From positions 704,001 through 768,000 of the forward strand of contig CAWJPJ010000007.1 in NCBI GenBank assembly GCA_963844715.1: 64,000 nucleotides of DNA. Reading direction: 5' to 3'. Position 1 is the first letter of the stretch; each line of letters starts with the position of its first letter. The stretch is from an uncultured Phycisphaerales bacterium (GTDB lineage Bacteria; Planctomycetota; Phycisphaerae; Tepidisphaerales; Tepidisphaeraceae). The notes under the pieces are model-generated. The model was not told where the DNA came from, made no database searches, and saw only the letters and a list, made by a program, of their open reading frames with translations. The translations under genes were made by a program, and so were the position numbers. Shown one piece after another: positions 21,713 to 31,762 of the stretch.

Positions 21713-22716
21713 ATGGTGACCCGCCGGCTTTCACGGATTCGACTTGTGGCTGCCGTCGTGGCGGCATTCTTACTCGTCTCCTGCAGCCAGGAACAGCATC
21801 TCGGCTCCTGGAGCGGGCCGCAGATGCTCTCGCAGGTCAGCATCGAAGACGTCAACAACGCCCCCCAGGTCAAAGTCCTCCGCACCCCGCATTACAAAAT
21901 CTATACGACCGTCGATGATCGCCCCGATCTGAACGATCGCATCGCCCAGTTAATGGAGGGCGCCTTCGGAGCCTATCGCACCGTCGGCGGCAATGTCCCG
22001 GTTACCGATTACCCGATGCAGTGCTACATCTTCGCCAATCGCGTTCAGTGGGAGCGATTCACTCTCATGCACGCCGGCCCGGACGCGGACATTTATCTCA
22101 AGATCGCCCGAGGCGGGTACACCATCCACGACTGGTACGTCGCCTATTACATCGGGGACATCTCCACCTATTCGGTCGCCGCCCACGAGGGGTGGCACCA
22201 GTACGTCAACCGCCATTTCAAAGGCCGTTTGCCTCCCTTCCTTGAGGAAGGGATTGCCTGCATGTTTGAGAACGTCGAATGGGACGGCAATTTGCCGCGA
22301 TGGAATCTCTCCCTCAACCCCTCCCGCGCCTGTCTCTTCGCCGGGCCATGGATGCCGGCGAACTCTTCCCCCTCGATAAGCTCTGTATGCTCCATGCCGG
22401 TGAAATCGTGAATATGTCGACCATCCGCATCGAGGCCTTTTATGCCCAGGATTGGGCCTTTGCCCGGTATCTGTGGGAGGGGGAGAACGGCCGCTTCCGC
22501 CCCGCCCTCCAGCAGCTTATTGCCGACACGGCTGCCGGAACCGTCTACGACCCGACCGGCTCCCATCGCCGGAAATACCTCCCCTGGGATGCCCGGGGCG
22601 TCCGCCCGATGCTCGAACACTACCTAAAAGAGGATTTTCCCACCCTCCAGGCCGGTTTCCAGCAGTTCATGGTCAAAGTGGCATACGACGAAATGAAGGA
22701 GCAGTTCCAAATGTAG
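21713..22716 (+). CDS. Lipoprotein with HEXXH zinc-metallopeptidase-like motif (DUF1570-like); frameshift near 22330
   Basis: LLVSC lipobox; AHEGWHQY...LPPFLEEGIA; FYAQDWAF. Confidence 0.7.
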
Positions 22717-22826
22717 GAGTCGTTTGAGCGCTAGATACCGGACCTTTGATCCTTTGCTTCGTCTTCACCTGTTTTCAGATAAAAATTGTATTGGAGCCTG
22801 CCTCGTCTCACGATATATTTTTAGCT

Positions 22827-23126
22827 ATGGATTCGCATCACGTTGGCAGTTCGTGTTTGCACCGTCGAATGTGCCATTTCAGGGGTCGCGTCCAGGGGGT
22901 TGGGTTCCGATACACAGTCAAGAATTTAGCGATGCAATACGATGTCTACGGGTACGTTAAGAACCTCCCCGACGGCAGTGTTGAACTGGTCGTCGAAGGC
23001 CCCGACTCCGAAATGCAAGGGCTCATCGAAGACGTTCACCGCAAAATGAACCCCTACATCGCCAAGATAGACCAAACCGAAGCCCCAGCCACCGGCGAAT
23101 TCGACTACTTCCACATTCGCCACTGA
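22827..23126 (+). CDS. acyP: Acylphosphatase
   Basis: GRVQGVGFR, GYVKNLPDGSVE. Confidence 0.93.
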   Translation: MDSHHVGSSCLHRRMCHFRGRVQGVGFRYTVKNLAMQYDVYGYVKNLPDGSVELVVEGPDSEMQGLIEDVHRKMNPYIAKIDQTEAPATGEFDYFHIRH

Positions 23127-23210
23127 AATTTCGGCATTCAACGCCCCCTCCTGCTCGCCCCTGCACCCGTCTGGAATCTGCATCTTTGAGCGGCTAAACT
23201 CGATTATCTC

Positions 23211-24119
23211 ATGTATCGCACCTTCGTGATCATGCGCTATACCTTCCTGGAGGCCACGCTCCAGCCAATCTACGGGTTCCTGATCACGCTTGGCGGAGCC
23301 ATCGTCATCATCTTCGGTCTGCTCCCCTTCTTCGCCCTCGGGGAAGACACCAAGATGTACATCTCAGTCACCCTCGACGTCATTCTGCTGATCGTTCTGC
23401 TTACCTCCCTCTTTGCCGCCAGCAAATCGATCTATGACGAGATCGAAGATCGCACCATGCTGACCCTGATGAGCAAACCCGTCCAGCGCTGGCAGGTCAT
23501 GCTGGGCAAGTACTTCGGAATCATCCTTTCTGCCGGCCTGGGCGTGGCCATTCTGGGCTGCATACTCGCCTTGGGGACGTGGTTTCGAATACCCAACGAC
23601 TATCTTCTCAATATCCAGACCCTCAACGACCTGGTCAGCACGCGAATCTGGCAATATCGCCTGATGCATATATCGGGCCTGATTCCGCAACTGATCCTCA
23701 CCTGGCTCCAGATCAGCGTGCTGGTCGCCATTTCGGTGGCGCTCTCGACGCGCTTCTCCCTGGTGGTGAATCTGCCGGCGGTTCTGATGATTTACGTCGC
23801 CGGCAATCTGACCCGCTTTCTCTACCCGCTCTCGACCGGCGCGCTGGCCGGCAAGCCCGCAATCGTCAAAGGCGTGGCCTGGTTCTTCAGCCTGATCCTT
23901 CCGTATCTTGAGTCGTTTGACCTTAAAAAGTGGACTGTACTTTCGACCATCCGCGTCCCCGGTACGACGTTCGCCGCTGACTCGCGCGGCGTGTTCCTCA
24001 GCGACATCTACGGCGGCGTCGCCCATGCCGCCCTCTACGCCGTCGCCTACGTCGGCTTCGCCCTCTGCGCGGGGCTGATCAGCTTCCAAAGCCGCGAACT
24101 GGGCGGCGGCGAAGGATAA
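23211..24119 (+). CDS. ABC-2 type transporter permease
   Basis: EIEDRTMLTLMSKPV, LGKYFG, multiple TM segments. Confidence 0.85.
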   Translation: MYRTFVIMRYTFLEATLQPIYGFLITLGGAIVIIFGLLPFFALGEDTKMYISVTLDVILLIVLLTSLFAASKSIYDEIEDRTMLTLMSKPVQRWQVMLGKYFGIILSAGLGVAILGCILALGTWFRIPNDYLLNIQTLNDLVSTRIWQYRLMHISGLIPQLILTWLQISVLVAISVALSTRFSLVVNLPAVLMIYVAGNLTRFLYPLSTGALAGKPAIVKGVAWFFSLILPYLESFDLKKWTVLSTIRVPGTTFAADSRGVFLSDIYGGVAHAALYAVAYVGFALCAGLISFQSRELGGGEG

Positions 24120-24139
24120 TTTCCGTTTCCAGGAGTCCC

Positions 24140-24916
24140 TTGGACCCTCCTACGAGAGAGAAGTTTCTTAACGACGTCCTCGAATTGGTCGCGCGGAAAT
24201 TCCCCCTGGTAAAAGTGGCGCGAGGGCAGGCGAGTTTCTCGCTGGCCGTAAACGGTCAATCCGCCTCGCTTGAAAACGTCTATCGCGTTTCGGTTCTGCG
24301 TCCGGACGAAACCAGCAAATACGTCGAGCGTTGGATTGTCGAGCTGCTCCGCGCTTCCGAGGGAACGCCTGACGCTCGCGAGCCTTTCGATACGGTGCGC
24401 GAGCGTATTCTTCCCATGATCGCGCCCGATCCCAGCGACATCATCCAGCAGGCCGTCACGCAGCCTCTCATCAACGGGCTATCCGTCGCCTACGTCGTCG
24501 ATCAGGATCGTTCGGTCTCATATGTCACTCAGCAGCGGCTGGCGCAGTGGGGCATCCCGATCGACGACTTGCACGCCGCCGCGCTGGAGAATCTGACCGC
24601 CCACAGCCAGGAACTGGAGGCTCACGCCGCCCAGGATGAGCAGGGGGGCATTTATCTGATCCTCTTCCAGACGATGGACGGCTTCGACGCCAGCCGCGTT
24701 CTCCTCCCCAGCCTCCACGAAAAGCTCCGCGGCCATCTGGGCTCCCCGTTCTTCGCCGCCATTCCCAATCGGGATATTCTTCTCTGCTTTCGCAACGACG
24801 ACGAAACGCTGGCCAAGCTTCGCCCGCAGATTGAATCCGATTTCCGGCGCATGCCGCATGAATTGACGGACAAAATCCTGCTGATCACTGCCGACGGGAT
24901 TGCCTCGCGCGAGTGA
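24140..24916 (+). CDS. DUF1444-like protein
   Basis: RILPMI, AYVVD, AALENL, DGFDASRVL, AIPNRDIL. Confidence 0.7.
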   Translation: MDPPTREKFLNDVLELVARKFPLVKVARGQASFSLAVNGQSASLENVYRVSVLRPDETSKYVERWIVELLRASEGTPDAREPFDTVRERILPMIAPDPSDIIQQAVTQPLINGLSVAYVVDQDRSVSYVTQQRLAQWGIPIDDLHAAALENLTAHSQELEAHAAQDEQGGIYLILFQTMDGFDASRVLLPSLHEKLRGHLGSPFFAAIPNRDILLCFRNDDETLAKLRPQIESDFRRMPHELTDKILLITADGIASRE

Positions 24917-25027
24917 TTTGCGATTCGGACAGCTCTTCCCCTAAAATTTGCGTCCCCTCTTTTCCCCGCCACCCCGGTATTTCCGGGGGGAGGGCCAGGG
25001 AGGGGGTTTCAGGAGCCAGGGAGTCCC

Positions 25028-25807
25028 ATGCGTTTCGGAATCTGCGCCCCAGTTGAAAACGCCCACGAACTGCGTGCCGGCGGCGCGGACTTCGTCGAGG
25101 AAAATGTCCAAAACCTTCTCGATGGCCAGGTGCCCGAGGCGCAGTGGCGGGGGGGTGAACGAGCCGGGAAATCCGCACTCCCCGTCGCGGCCGCCAATTG
25201 CCTTATCCCCGGCACATTGAAAATCGTCGGCCCGGCCGTAAACAACGAGAAGATCAAAACCTATCTGACGGCTGTCACCGCCCGTGCCCGCGCCGTCGGG
25301 ATAAAAATCCTCGTCTTCGGCAGCGCCGGAGCCCGCAACGTTCCCGAGGGTTTTGATCCCAAGGAAGCACGCCGGCAGATCCTCGATTTTTTGCGCATGG
25401 CTGTTCCCCTTGCGGCGGTGCAAGGTATCACGATGGTCGCCGAGCCCCTCGATCGAAACGAATCGAACATTATCCATACCATCGCCGACGCGATGGATTT
25501 AGTTCGCCAGATTAATCACCCGAATTTCGAATGTCTTGTTGACAGTTTTCACTTTTGGGTCAACAACGACAGCCTGGAGGATTTGCAGAAGTCCGTCGCG
25601 CACATTCGCCACGTGCACGTCGCCGATCAGCAAGGCCGCGTACCCCCTGGCGAAAGCGGAAAAAGTGATTATCGTCCCCTCTTCCGCGTCCTGAAGAGGG
25701 GCGGATATGAAGGCGGTATCAGCGTCGAATCGCCCACCTGGACCCGATACGCGGCCGAAACGCCGCGCGTCATCCAGTTTTTAAAAAGTCAGTGGCAGGA
25801 AGCTTAA
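25028..25807 (+). CDS. Sugar phosphate isomerase/epimerase (xylose isomerase-like TIM barrel)
   Basis: VFGSAGAR, AEPL, VDSFH, HVHVAD, ISVE. Confidence 0.88.
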   Translation: MRFGICAPVENAHELRAGGADFVEENVQNLLDGQVPEAQWRGGERAGKSALPVAAANCLIPGTLKIVGPAVNNEKIKTYLTAVTARARAVGIKILVFGSAGARNVPEGFDPKEARRQILDFLRMAVPLAAVQGITMVAEPLDRNESNIIHTIADAMDLVRQINHPNFECLVDSFHFWVNNDSLEDLQKSVAHIRHVHVADQQGRVPPGESGKSDYRPLFRVLKRGGYEGGISVESPTWTRYAAETPRVIQFLKSQWQEA

Positions 25808-25823
25808 TCCAAGGAAAAGAACC

Positions 25824-26903
25824 ATGGCAAACCGAATTTATAATTTCAGCGCCGGACCGGCGATGTTGCCGACCGAAGTTCTCGAAAAATCCGCCGTCGC
25901 GCTGGTCGATTATCAGGGCAAAGGTTTTGGCATCGCCGAGGTGAGCCATCGCGGCAAGGAATTCGAGGCCGTCAACGATGAAGCCATTGCCCGTTGCAAA
26001 CAGCTTTTGGGCCTCGGCGACAGCCACGACGTTCTCTTCCTCCAGGGCGGCGCCACGCAGCTCTTTACGATCATTCCCATGAACTTCCTCCACACCAGCG
26101 CCGACTATCTGGTCGCCGGCGAGTGGAGCAAGAAAGCTGTCTCCTTCGGAAAAGAGGTCGGAAAGATCAATGTCATCGGCAACACCGAGGCCAGCAACTT
26201 CGATCACTCTCCGCTTCCCAGCGAATGGAAGCTCGATGCGGCCGCCGATTACCTGCACGTCTGCTCCAATGAAACCGTGCACGGCCATCGCCTGCCCGCC
26301 TGGCCCAAACATCCGAATCTTATCGTTGACGCCAGCAGCGAATTCCTCTCTCGTCCTCACCCGGCGCAGGATTGTGCTCTGATTTATGGCGGCGCGCAAA
26401 AGAATCTCGGCCCCGCCGGCGTCGTGCTGGTCATCGTTCGCAAGGATATGTATCCCAAGCAGAAGAAGACGCCCAGCAAGCTTTGGAGCTTTAAGGACCA
26501 GGCTGAGAACAAGTCCATGCTCAACACGCCGCCGACGTTCGGCGTTTATGTTCTTTTGGAAATCTTCCGCTGGCTCGAGGCCCAGGGCGGCCTGGCGACG
26601 ATGGAAAAGCGCAACGCCGAAAAAGCCGCCGCTGTTTATGGCGCGATCGACAATTCCAACGGCTTTTATAAGGGAACCGTTTCCAACAAGGACCAGCGTT
26701 CCCACATGAACGTCACGTATCGCCTGCCCAGCGAGGAATTGACCGACGAATTCGTGAAGACCGCCGGCAAGAACGGCATGATGGGCCTCAAAGGCTATCG
26801 CACCGTCGGCGGCATTCGCGCCAGCATCTACAACGCCATGCCCCCGGCAGGCGCGACGGCCCTGGCGCAATTCATGAAGGATTTCGCGTCCAAAAAATCC
26901 TAA
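25824..26903 (+). CDS. serC: Phosphoserine aminotransferase
   Basis: YNFSAGPAMLP, EVSHR, GAQKNLGPAG, NTPP, RASIYNA. Confidence 0.97.
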   Translation: MANRIYNFSAGPAMLPTEVLEKSAVALVDYQGKGFGIAEVSHRGKEFEAVNDEAIARCKQLLGLGDSHDVLFLQGGATQLFTIIPMNFLHTSADYLVAGEWSKKAVSFGKEVGKINVIGNTEASNFDHSPLPSEWKLDAAADYLHVCSNETVHGHRLPAWPKHPNLIVDASSEFLSRPHPAQDCALIYGGAQKNLGPAGVVLVIVRKDMYPKQKKTPSKLWSFKDQAENKSMLNTPPTFGVYVLLEIFRWLEAQGGLATMEKRNAEKAAAVYGAIDNSNGFYKGTVSNKDQRSHMNVTYRLPSEELTDEFVKTAGKNGMMGLKGYRTVGGIRASIYNAMPPAGATALAQFMKDFASKKS

Positions 26904-27061
26904 CCCGCGCGAACAATCTTAGTTGGCGGGCGAGCGTTCCGGGCTGAGCTTCTCGAAGCCAGTTCGCCGTTAAGACCGCGAGTTGCGCCCGCTCGCGAGC
27001 GCCGGTTGCTTCCCAATCCCCCAACCCATACCATTTCGATCGGCTTTCCATAGGGAGATCG

Positions 27062-27504
27062 ATTCGCCTATCCAAGCGGACCGAATACGGCTTACGCGCG
27101 GTCGTCCAGCTCGCCCGCCTCTGGCCAACCGGCTTCATCCAATCGCGCGATCTCTCCCAGCAGGAAGACCTCCCCAATAAATTCCTCGAATCGATTCTCC
27201 TGGCCCTCCGGCGCGGCGGGTTCCTCGAAAGCAAGGTCGGCAGCGGGGGGGATATCGGCTCTCCCGCGCGCCGCGCGAGATCAGCGTCGGCGATCTCATC
27301 CGCCGACTCGAGGGCCGGCTCACCGTCAAGGAAAACGCCTCGGTTCCCACAACCGACCTCTCGCCGGGTAAGATCGCCGTGCGGCTTCTCAACGATCGGC
27401 TCACCCAGGCGACCGACGACGTATTGGATCAATTGACCCTCGAGCAGTTGATGGAACACGTCAACCGCGCCGCAAATGTTCAGCAGGCCATGTACTACAT
27501 CTAA
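27062..27504 (+). CDS. Rrf2-family transcriptional regulator (CymR-like); apparent ATT start, frameshift in a G run near 27250
   Basis: (I)RLSKRTEYGLRAVVQLA...KFLESILLALRRGG...SKVGSGGGYRLSRAPREISVGD...MYYI*. Confidence 0.85.
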
Positions 27505-27531
27505 CTTTTTTCACTTTTCCGCGGCTGCTCC

Positions 27532-28227
27532 ATGACGCTCGCCTTCCTCGGCCTCGATTTCCAGCACGTCCAGCCCTGGCTCGAATCCGGCGGCTACGGC
27601 GTCCTCTTCCTGCTGCTTTTCGCCTGCGGGCTGGGCCTGCCGCTTCCAGAGGACATCCCGCTCATCGCCTCGGGCATCCTCATCGCACAGCACCAGATGC
27701 ATCTTGCCTTCGCCGCACCGGTCGCGTGGCTCGGAATCGTCGGCGGCGACTGCATGCTCTACCGTTTCGGGTATCGCTACGGCAGAAATATCTGCAAGCT
27801 CCCCTACATCGGGAAACACGTCACCGTTCCGCGGCTTCAGCGCGCCGAAGTGCTCTTTGCCAAATGGGGCATCTGGGTTGTCGCCGTCGGCCGGCTCTTC
27901 GCCGGGATTCGCGGCGCGATGGTGGTCGCCGCCGGCACCACGCGATTTAAATTCATCAAGTTCATCATCGCCGATGCCCTTGCGGCGATCGTCAGCGGCG
28001 GATTGTTCATGTCCGTCGGCTACTGGTTCGGCTCCAACCTCGACACCATGTGGAAAAAAGCCCACGAGTTCAAACTCGCCCTGGCCATCGCCGCGCTCAT
28101 ACTGGCCACCGGGGTGATCCTCTATGTCCGCTGGCGCAACCGCCGCCACACCACGCTCGGCCAGGTTGTCGTCGATAAAGTTCAGCAAGTCGCCGGCAAT
28201 TCCACCGAACAATCGCCGCAACCGTAG
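27532..28227 (+). CDS. DedA family membrane protein
   Basis: GLPLPED, GD..LYRFG, GRLFAGIR. Confidence 0.9.
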   Translation: MTLAFLGLDFQHVQPWLESGGYGVLFLLLFACGLGLPLPEDIPLIASGILIAQHQMHLAFAAPVAWLGIVGGDCMLYRFGYRYGRNICKLPYIGKHVTVPRLQRAEVLFAKWGIWVVAVGRLFAGIRGAMVVAAGTTRFKFIKFIIADALAAIVSGGLFMSVGYWFGSNLDTMWKKAHEFKLALAIAALILATGVILYVRWRNRRHTTLGQVVVDKVQQVAGNSTEQSPQP

Positions 28228-28229
28228 AG

Positions 28230-28961
28230 TTGAACGTGAATCTTGCCCTGGCGATTGAAACTTCCAGCCGAATCGGATCGGTCGCCCTCTGCCAGGACGG
28301 CGAAACGCTCGCCGACGAAACTTTCCCCCACGGCCTGCAAAACGCGGCCCGAATCGTCCCCGCCATCGATGCCCTGTGCCGAAAACTCGCCCGCCAAAGC
28401 CGCGACATCCGCGAGATTTACGTCTCCGCCGGACCCGGTTCCTTCACCGGCCTGCGCATCGGCATCACGCTTGCAAAAACTCTCGCCTTCGCGACTGGCG
28501 CCAAGCTCATTGCCGTTCCCAGCGTCCGCGTGCTGGTCGAGAACGCTCCCGCCGAGGCCCAACGCGTCGTCATCGTTCTCGACGCCAAGCGCGATCAGAT
28601 TTTCACCGCGACATTTGAGAAAGATGGAGACACCTGGATCGAGCGCGAGCCGGCCACGCTCGATTCTCTGGCAGCCGTCCTCTCGCGCACGCCGCGCCCC
28701 GTTTATCTATTGGGCGAGGGAATCCCCTTTCACGAAAAGTTCATCCCGCCGAATGACCCCGGCGTCCATCTCGCACCCGAACCTCTTTGGCGACCCCGCG
28801 CCCAGGTCGTCGCGCGACTTGGTTGGCATCTCGCCCGCGCCGGAAAATTCGTCAATCCGATGGAACTGGTCCCCATATACATCCGCCGGCCCGAAGCCGA
28901 GGAAAAGTTACACTTCCGCGGCGTCGATCCGCTCGCGGGTGAGCAAAATATTTCCAAATGA
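28230..28961 (+). CDS. tsaB: tRNA threonylcarbamoyladenosine biosynthesis protein TsaB
   Basis: LAIETS, GPGSFTGLRIG, DAKR, PIYIR. Confidence 0.93.
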   Translation: MNVNLALAIETSSRIGSVALCQDGETLADETFPHGLQNAARIVPAIDALCRKLARQSRDIREIYVSAGPGSFTGLRIGITLAKTLAFATGAKLIAVPSVRVLVENAPAEAQRVVIVLDAKRDQIFTATFEKDGDTWIEREPATLDSLAAVLSRTPRPVYLLGEGIPFHEKFIPPNDPGVHLAPEPLWRPRAQVVARLGWHLARAGKFVNPMELVPIYIRRPEAEEKLHFRGVDPLAGEQNISK

Positions 28962-29745
28962 AATGTCCATCTTCTTTTCGACGGGCAAGCGCACATATCG
29001 CTTATCCCCGAAAACCTTCGGCACCCAGTCGACGGAAGCGGGAGGGTGAATCAAATACGCCTGGTATCCCAGGTCCGCGAAAAATCGCCGGATCGGATAA
29101 TCCGCCTGCGGCTGAACCCCCGCGATTCCCGTGTTGATCTCAAACACCACGTTCCGCGCCGCGCCCCCGGAAAAAAAATTCCATCCCCCGCGAACCACCC
29201 GATCCTCAAAACCCTCCACGTCGATCTTGACCATGCCCACATTCCTGAACCCATGCTCCGCGTGCAGCTCATCCAGGGTCACGACTGCGCACCGATTCTT
29301 TTTCCCCCGATCCCGACAAAAGCGTGCACATCCCCTCGTCCTCGGTATTAATCGAGAGTTCTCCGGTCCCGGCTGTGTCCCCCAGCGCCACGTTCATCAC
29401 GTGAAAATTCCCCGGCTCGTTCAATTCCGCATTCGCCTTCAAATACTCAGACGTGCGCCGATTCGGCTCAAACGCCCACACTTCCCCGCCCGGCGAAACG
29501 CGCTGCATCGCCAGCACGGAGAAATAGCCGATGTGGCTTCCGATATCGATGAACGTGTCCCCCGCCCCCAGCGGATCGGTCAGCGCCAGCGCCAGCGGCT
29601 CGTCGTACAACTCCCCGCGGCTCAAGATCGAGTGCAAAAAGCGATGGGTTTCCACGGACAAATCGAGCGAAATGCGAAATGGTTTGAAGTGCCTGGTCCG
29701 AACTTCAAGGCAGGTCAACTCGGCCACGCAATTTACACTACACAC
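28908..29745 (-). CDS. FkbM family methyltransferase; frameshift near 29285
   Basis: FIDIGSHIGYFS, AFEPN, VKIDVEGFE. Confidence 0.85.
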
Positions 29746-29752
29746 GCCTCAA

Positions 29753-30928
29753 TCAGCCCGCAATGGCGTTCGCCAGCGACGATCGGGGCAGCGGCTCCTC
29801 CGCTTCATGCTCAAACCGGCACACGCTCCGCAGCAGCCCCAGCGCCGCGCACGTAATCACCAGCCCGCTCCCCCCCGTGCTTACCAGCGGCAGCGACAAA
29901 CCCTTCGTCGGCACGCTGACCGTCGCGACGGCGATGTTGATCAGCGCCTGCAAACAAACCATCGTCCCAACCCCAAACGCCAGCAATCTGCCGAAGTTAT
30001 CCTTCTTTTCCTTCAGGGTCTGCCAGGCGCAATACAAAATCCCCAGATAAAGCGCGATCGTCAGCATCGCTCCAAACAGTCCCAATTCCTCGCAGATCAC
30101 CGCGAAAATAAAATCGGTCGTGTCTTCGGGAAGATATCCAAGTTTCTGAATCCCGTTTCCCAGCCCGCGCCCGGTGACCCCGCCGGTCGAGAAGCTCAGC
30201 AGGCTTTGGATCATGTGGTATCCCTCCTTTTGCGGCGTCGCGTAGGGATTCATGAACGCCGTGACGCGCCGCCAACGATAATCCTTGTGCATGAGGAACC
30301 ACAATCCCGCCAGCAGCACAGGGGGCAGCGTCAGCAGCAAATGCCGCCATCGCACCTGTCCCGCCAGGAGCATCACCATCGCTGCCGTCCCGATCAGCAT
30401 CGCCGTTCCGAAATCCTGAATGATCACCAGCAGAAATAAAGCCCCGACCGGCGCCAGCGTCGGCAAGAATCCGGTAGCGAACCGATCCATATTCACCGGC
30501 CGGTTCGTCAGCCACCACGCCAGGTAAATCACCACCGCCCACTTCGCCAATTCCGATGGCTGAATCTGAATCGGCCCCAGCGGGAGCCACCGCCGCGCCC
30601 CATTCACGGCCACGCCCACGTGCGGCGCCAGCACGATCAAATTCGCGACGATGCTGACGGTGAGGATCCAGAAAATGGGACTGCGCCGGAGGGTTCCGCC
30701 CGCCCGCGCCAGCACGCCGTAGTCGAACCTGCCGACCGCAAAAAACGTTGCCAGCGCCGCGGCCACAAAGATCAGGTGTTTCTGCCCCTTGGCGGTCCAT
30801 TGCCAGCCGGCCTGCCCGGTCACTGTGCTCGACGCCGACTGAACCATGATGATCCCCAGCAGCAAAAGCGCCAGCACGCAAAGGGTCAAAACATCCCGCG
30901 TCCGCAGCCGGTAGATGGAGAGGTCCAT
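29753..30928 (-). CDS. ftsW: SEDS peptidoglycan glycosyltransferase FtsW
   Basis: NGARRW, QPSELAK, DFGTA, LPEDTTDFIFAVICEELG, PTKGLSLPLVSTGGS; dcw context. Confidence 0.92.
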   Translation of the reverse strand: MDLSIYRLRTRDVLTLCVLALLLLGIIMVQSASSTVTGQAGWQWTAKGQKHLIFVAAALATFFAVGRFDYGVLARAGGTLRRSPIFWILTVSIVANLIVLAPHVGVAVNGARRWLPLGPIQIQPSELAKWAVVIYLAWWLTNRPVNMDRFATGFLPTLAPVGALFLLVIIQDFGTAMLIGTAAMVMLLAGQVRWRHLLLTLPPVLLAGLWFLMHKDYRWRRVTAFMNPYATPQKEGYHMIQSLLSFSTGGVTGRGLGNGIQKLGYLPEDTTDFIFAVICEELGLFGAMLTIALYLGILYCAWQTLKEKKDNFGRLLAFGVGTMVCLQALINIAVATVSVPTKGLSLPLVSTGGSGLVITCAALGLLRSVCRFEHEAEEPLPRSSLANAIAG

Positions 30929-30937
30929 ATTGGAACA

Positions 30938-30966
30938 TTATCGGACGCCCGGGGAATTCGACTTGA
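30938..30966 (-). promoter_or_regulatory. Sigma-28-like promoter TCAAG-N16-TCCGATAA, 9 nt before the ftsW ATG
   Basis: Direct motif match, also found at two other gene starts. Confidence 0.55.
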
Positions 30967-31073
30967 AATCGTTTATGCAGGCCCCATTTAGACGTGGATG
31001 GACATTATTTTATGGGACGATATAATTCCGCCCGCGCAGTGGGTGCGCAAGTCAGCGCGTTTGGTTTGAAAAC

Positions 31074-31745
31074 ATGTCCGGTTCAGGAGGCGCGATGTTT
31101 CGCCGTGGCTTTTCGGTTTGTCTTGGATTGGGTTTGAGTCTGCTGGCCCTCGGCCACAGCGCGCCCGCATGGGCCACTCCGGCCGTCTTCGATTCAGCCG
31201 ACGGGTTTTGGTACCAGCCGGTCCTGGTTCCGACCGGCATCACCTGGACCGCCGCCCAAACTGCCGCCGTCAGCGCCGGCGGATATCTCGCCTGCCCGAC
31301 CAACGCCTCGGAAAACACCTTCGTCTTTGACCTTGTCGATTCCGACGCGTACTGGACGGGGCTAAGCGTCAACCAGGACATCCTCGGCCCCTGGCTCGGC
31401 GCATCGGCCAGCAACGACACCGACGCCACCTGGAAATGGGTCAACGGCGCCGCCTTCTCCTTCGCCCCGTGGGGACCGAATCAACCCGACGGCTTCCCCG
31501 GCGATCTGCCCAACCAGGCTGTCGAGTACTACGACTTCGCCGCCATCGGGTCCACCTGGGGCGACACTCCGCAGGAAGGCACCCCGGGCTTCACGCTACC
31601 GCAAGGATACGTCATCCAGTTCAACACCAACCCCAACGGTCCTGGCATCGTTCCGCTGCCCAAGGCCGTCTGGTCCGGCTTGGGCTTACTCATCGGATTG
31701 GGCGCAATCGCCATTTTCAGATCGCACCGATCGGCACCCCGATAA
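31074..31745 (+). CDS. C-type lectin-like surface protein with VPLP/PEP-CTERM sorting signal
   Basis: TWTAAQ..AVSAGGYLA, ENTFV, PWLG, WKWVNG, WGPNQPD; C-terminal VPLP-TM-basic tail. Confidence 0.85.
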   Translation: MSGSGGAMFRRGFSVCLGLGLSLLALGHSAPAWATPAVFDSADGFWYQPVLVPTGITWTAAQTAAVSAGGYLACPTNASENTFVFDLVDSDAYWTGLSVNQDILGPWLGASASNDTDATWKWVNGAAFSFAPWGPNQPDGFPGDLPNQAVEYYDFAAIGSTWGDTPQEGTPGFTLPQGYVIQFNTNPNGPGIVPLPKAVWSGLGLLIGLGAIAIFRSHRSAPR

Positions 31746-31762
31746 ATTGATTTCCCACGATT

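Noticed and set aside
26904..27020. Possible structured RNA or riboswitch between serC and rrf2
   Set aside because: Only short GC-rich complementarity and no recognisable conserved riboswitch motifs; it would need an Rfam/Infernal search.
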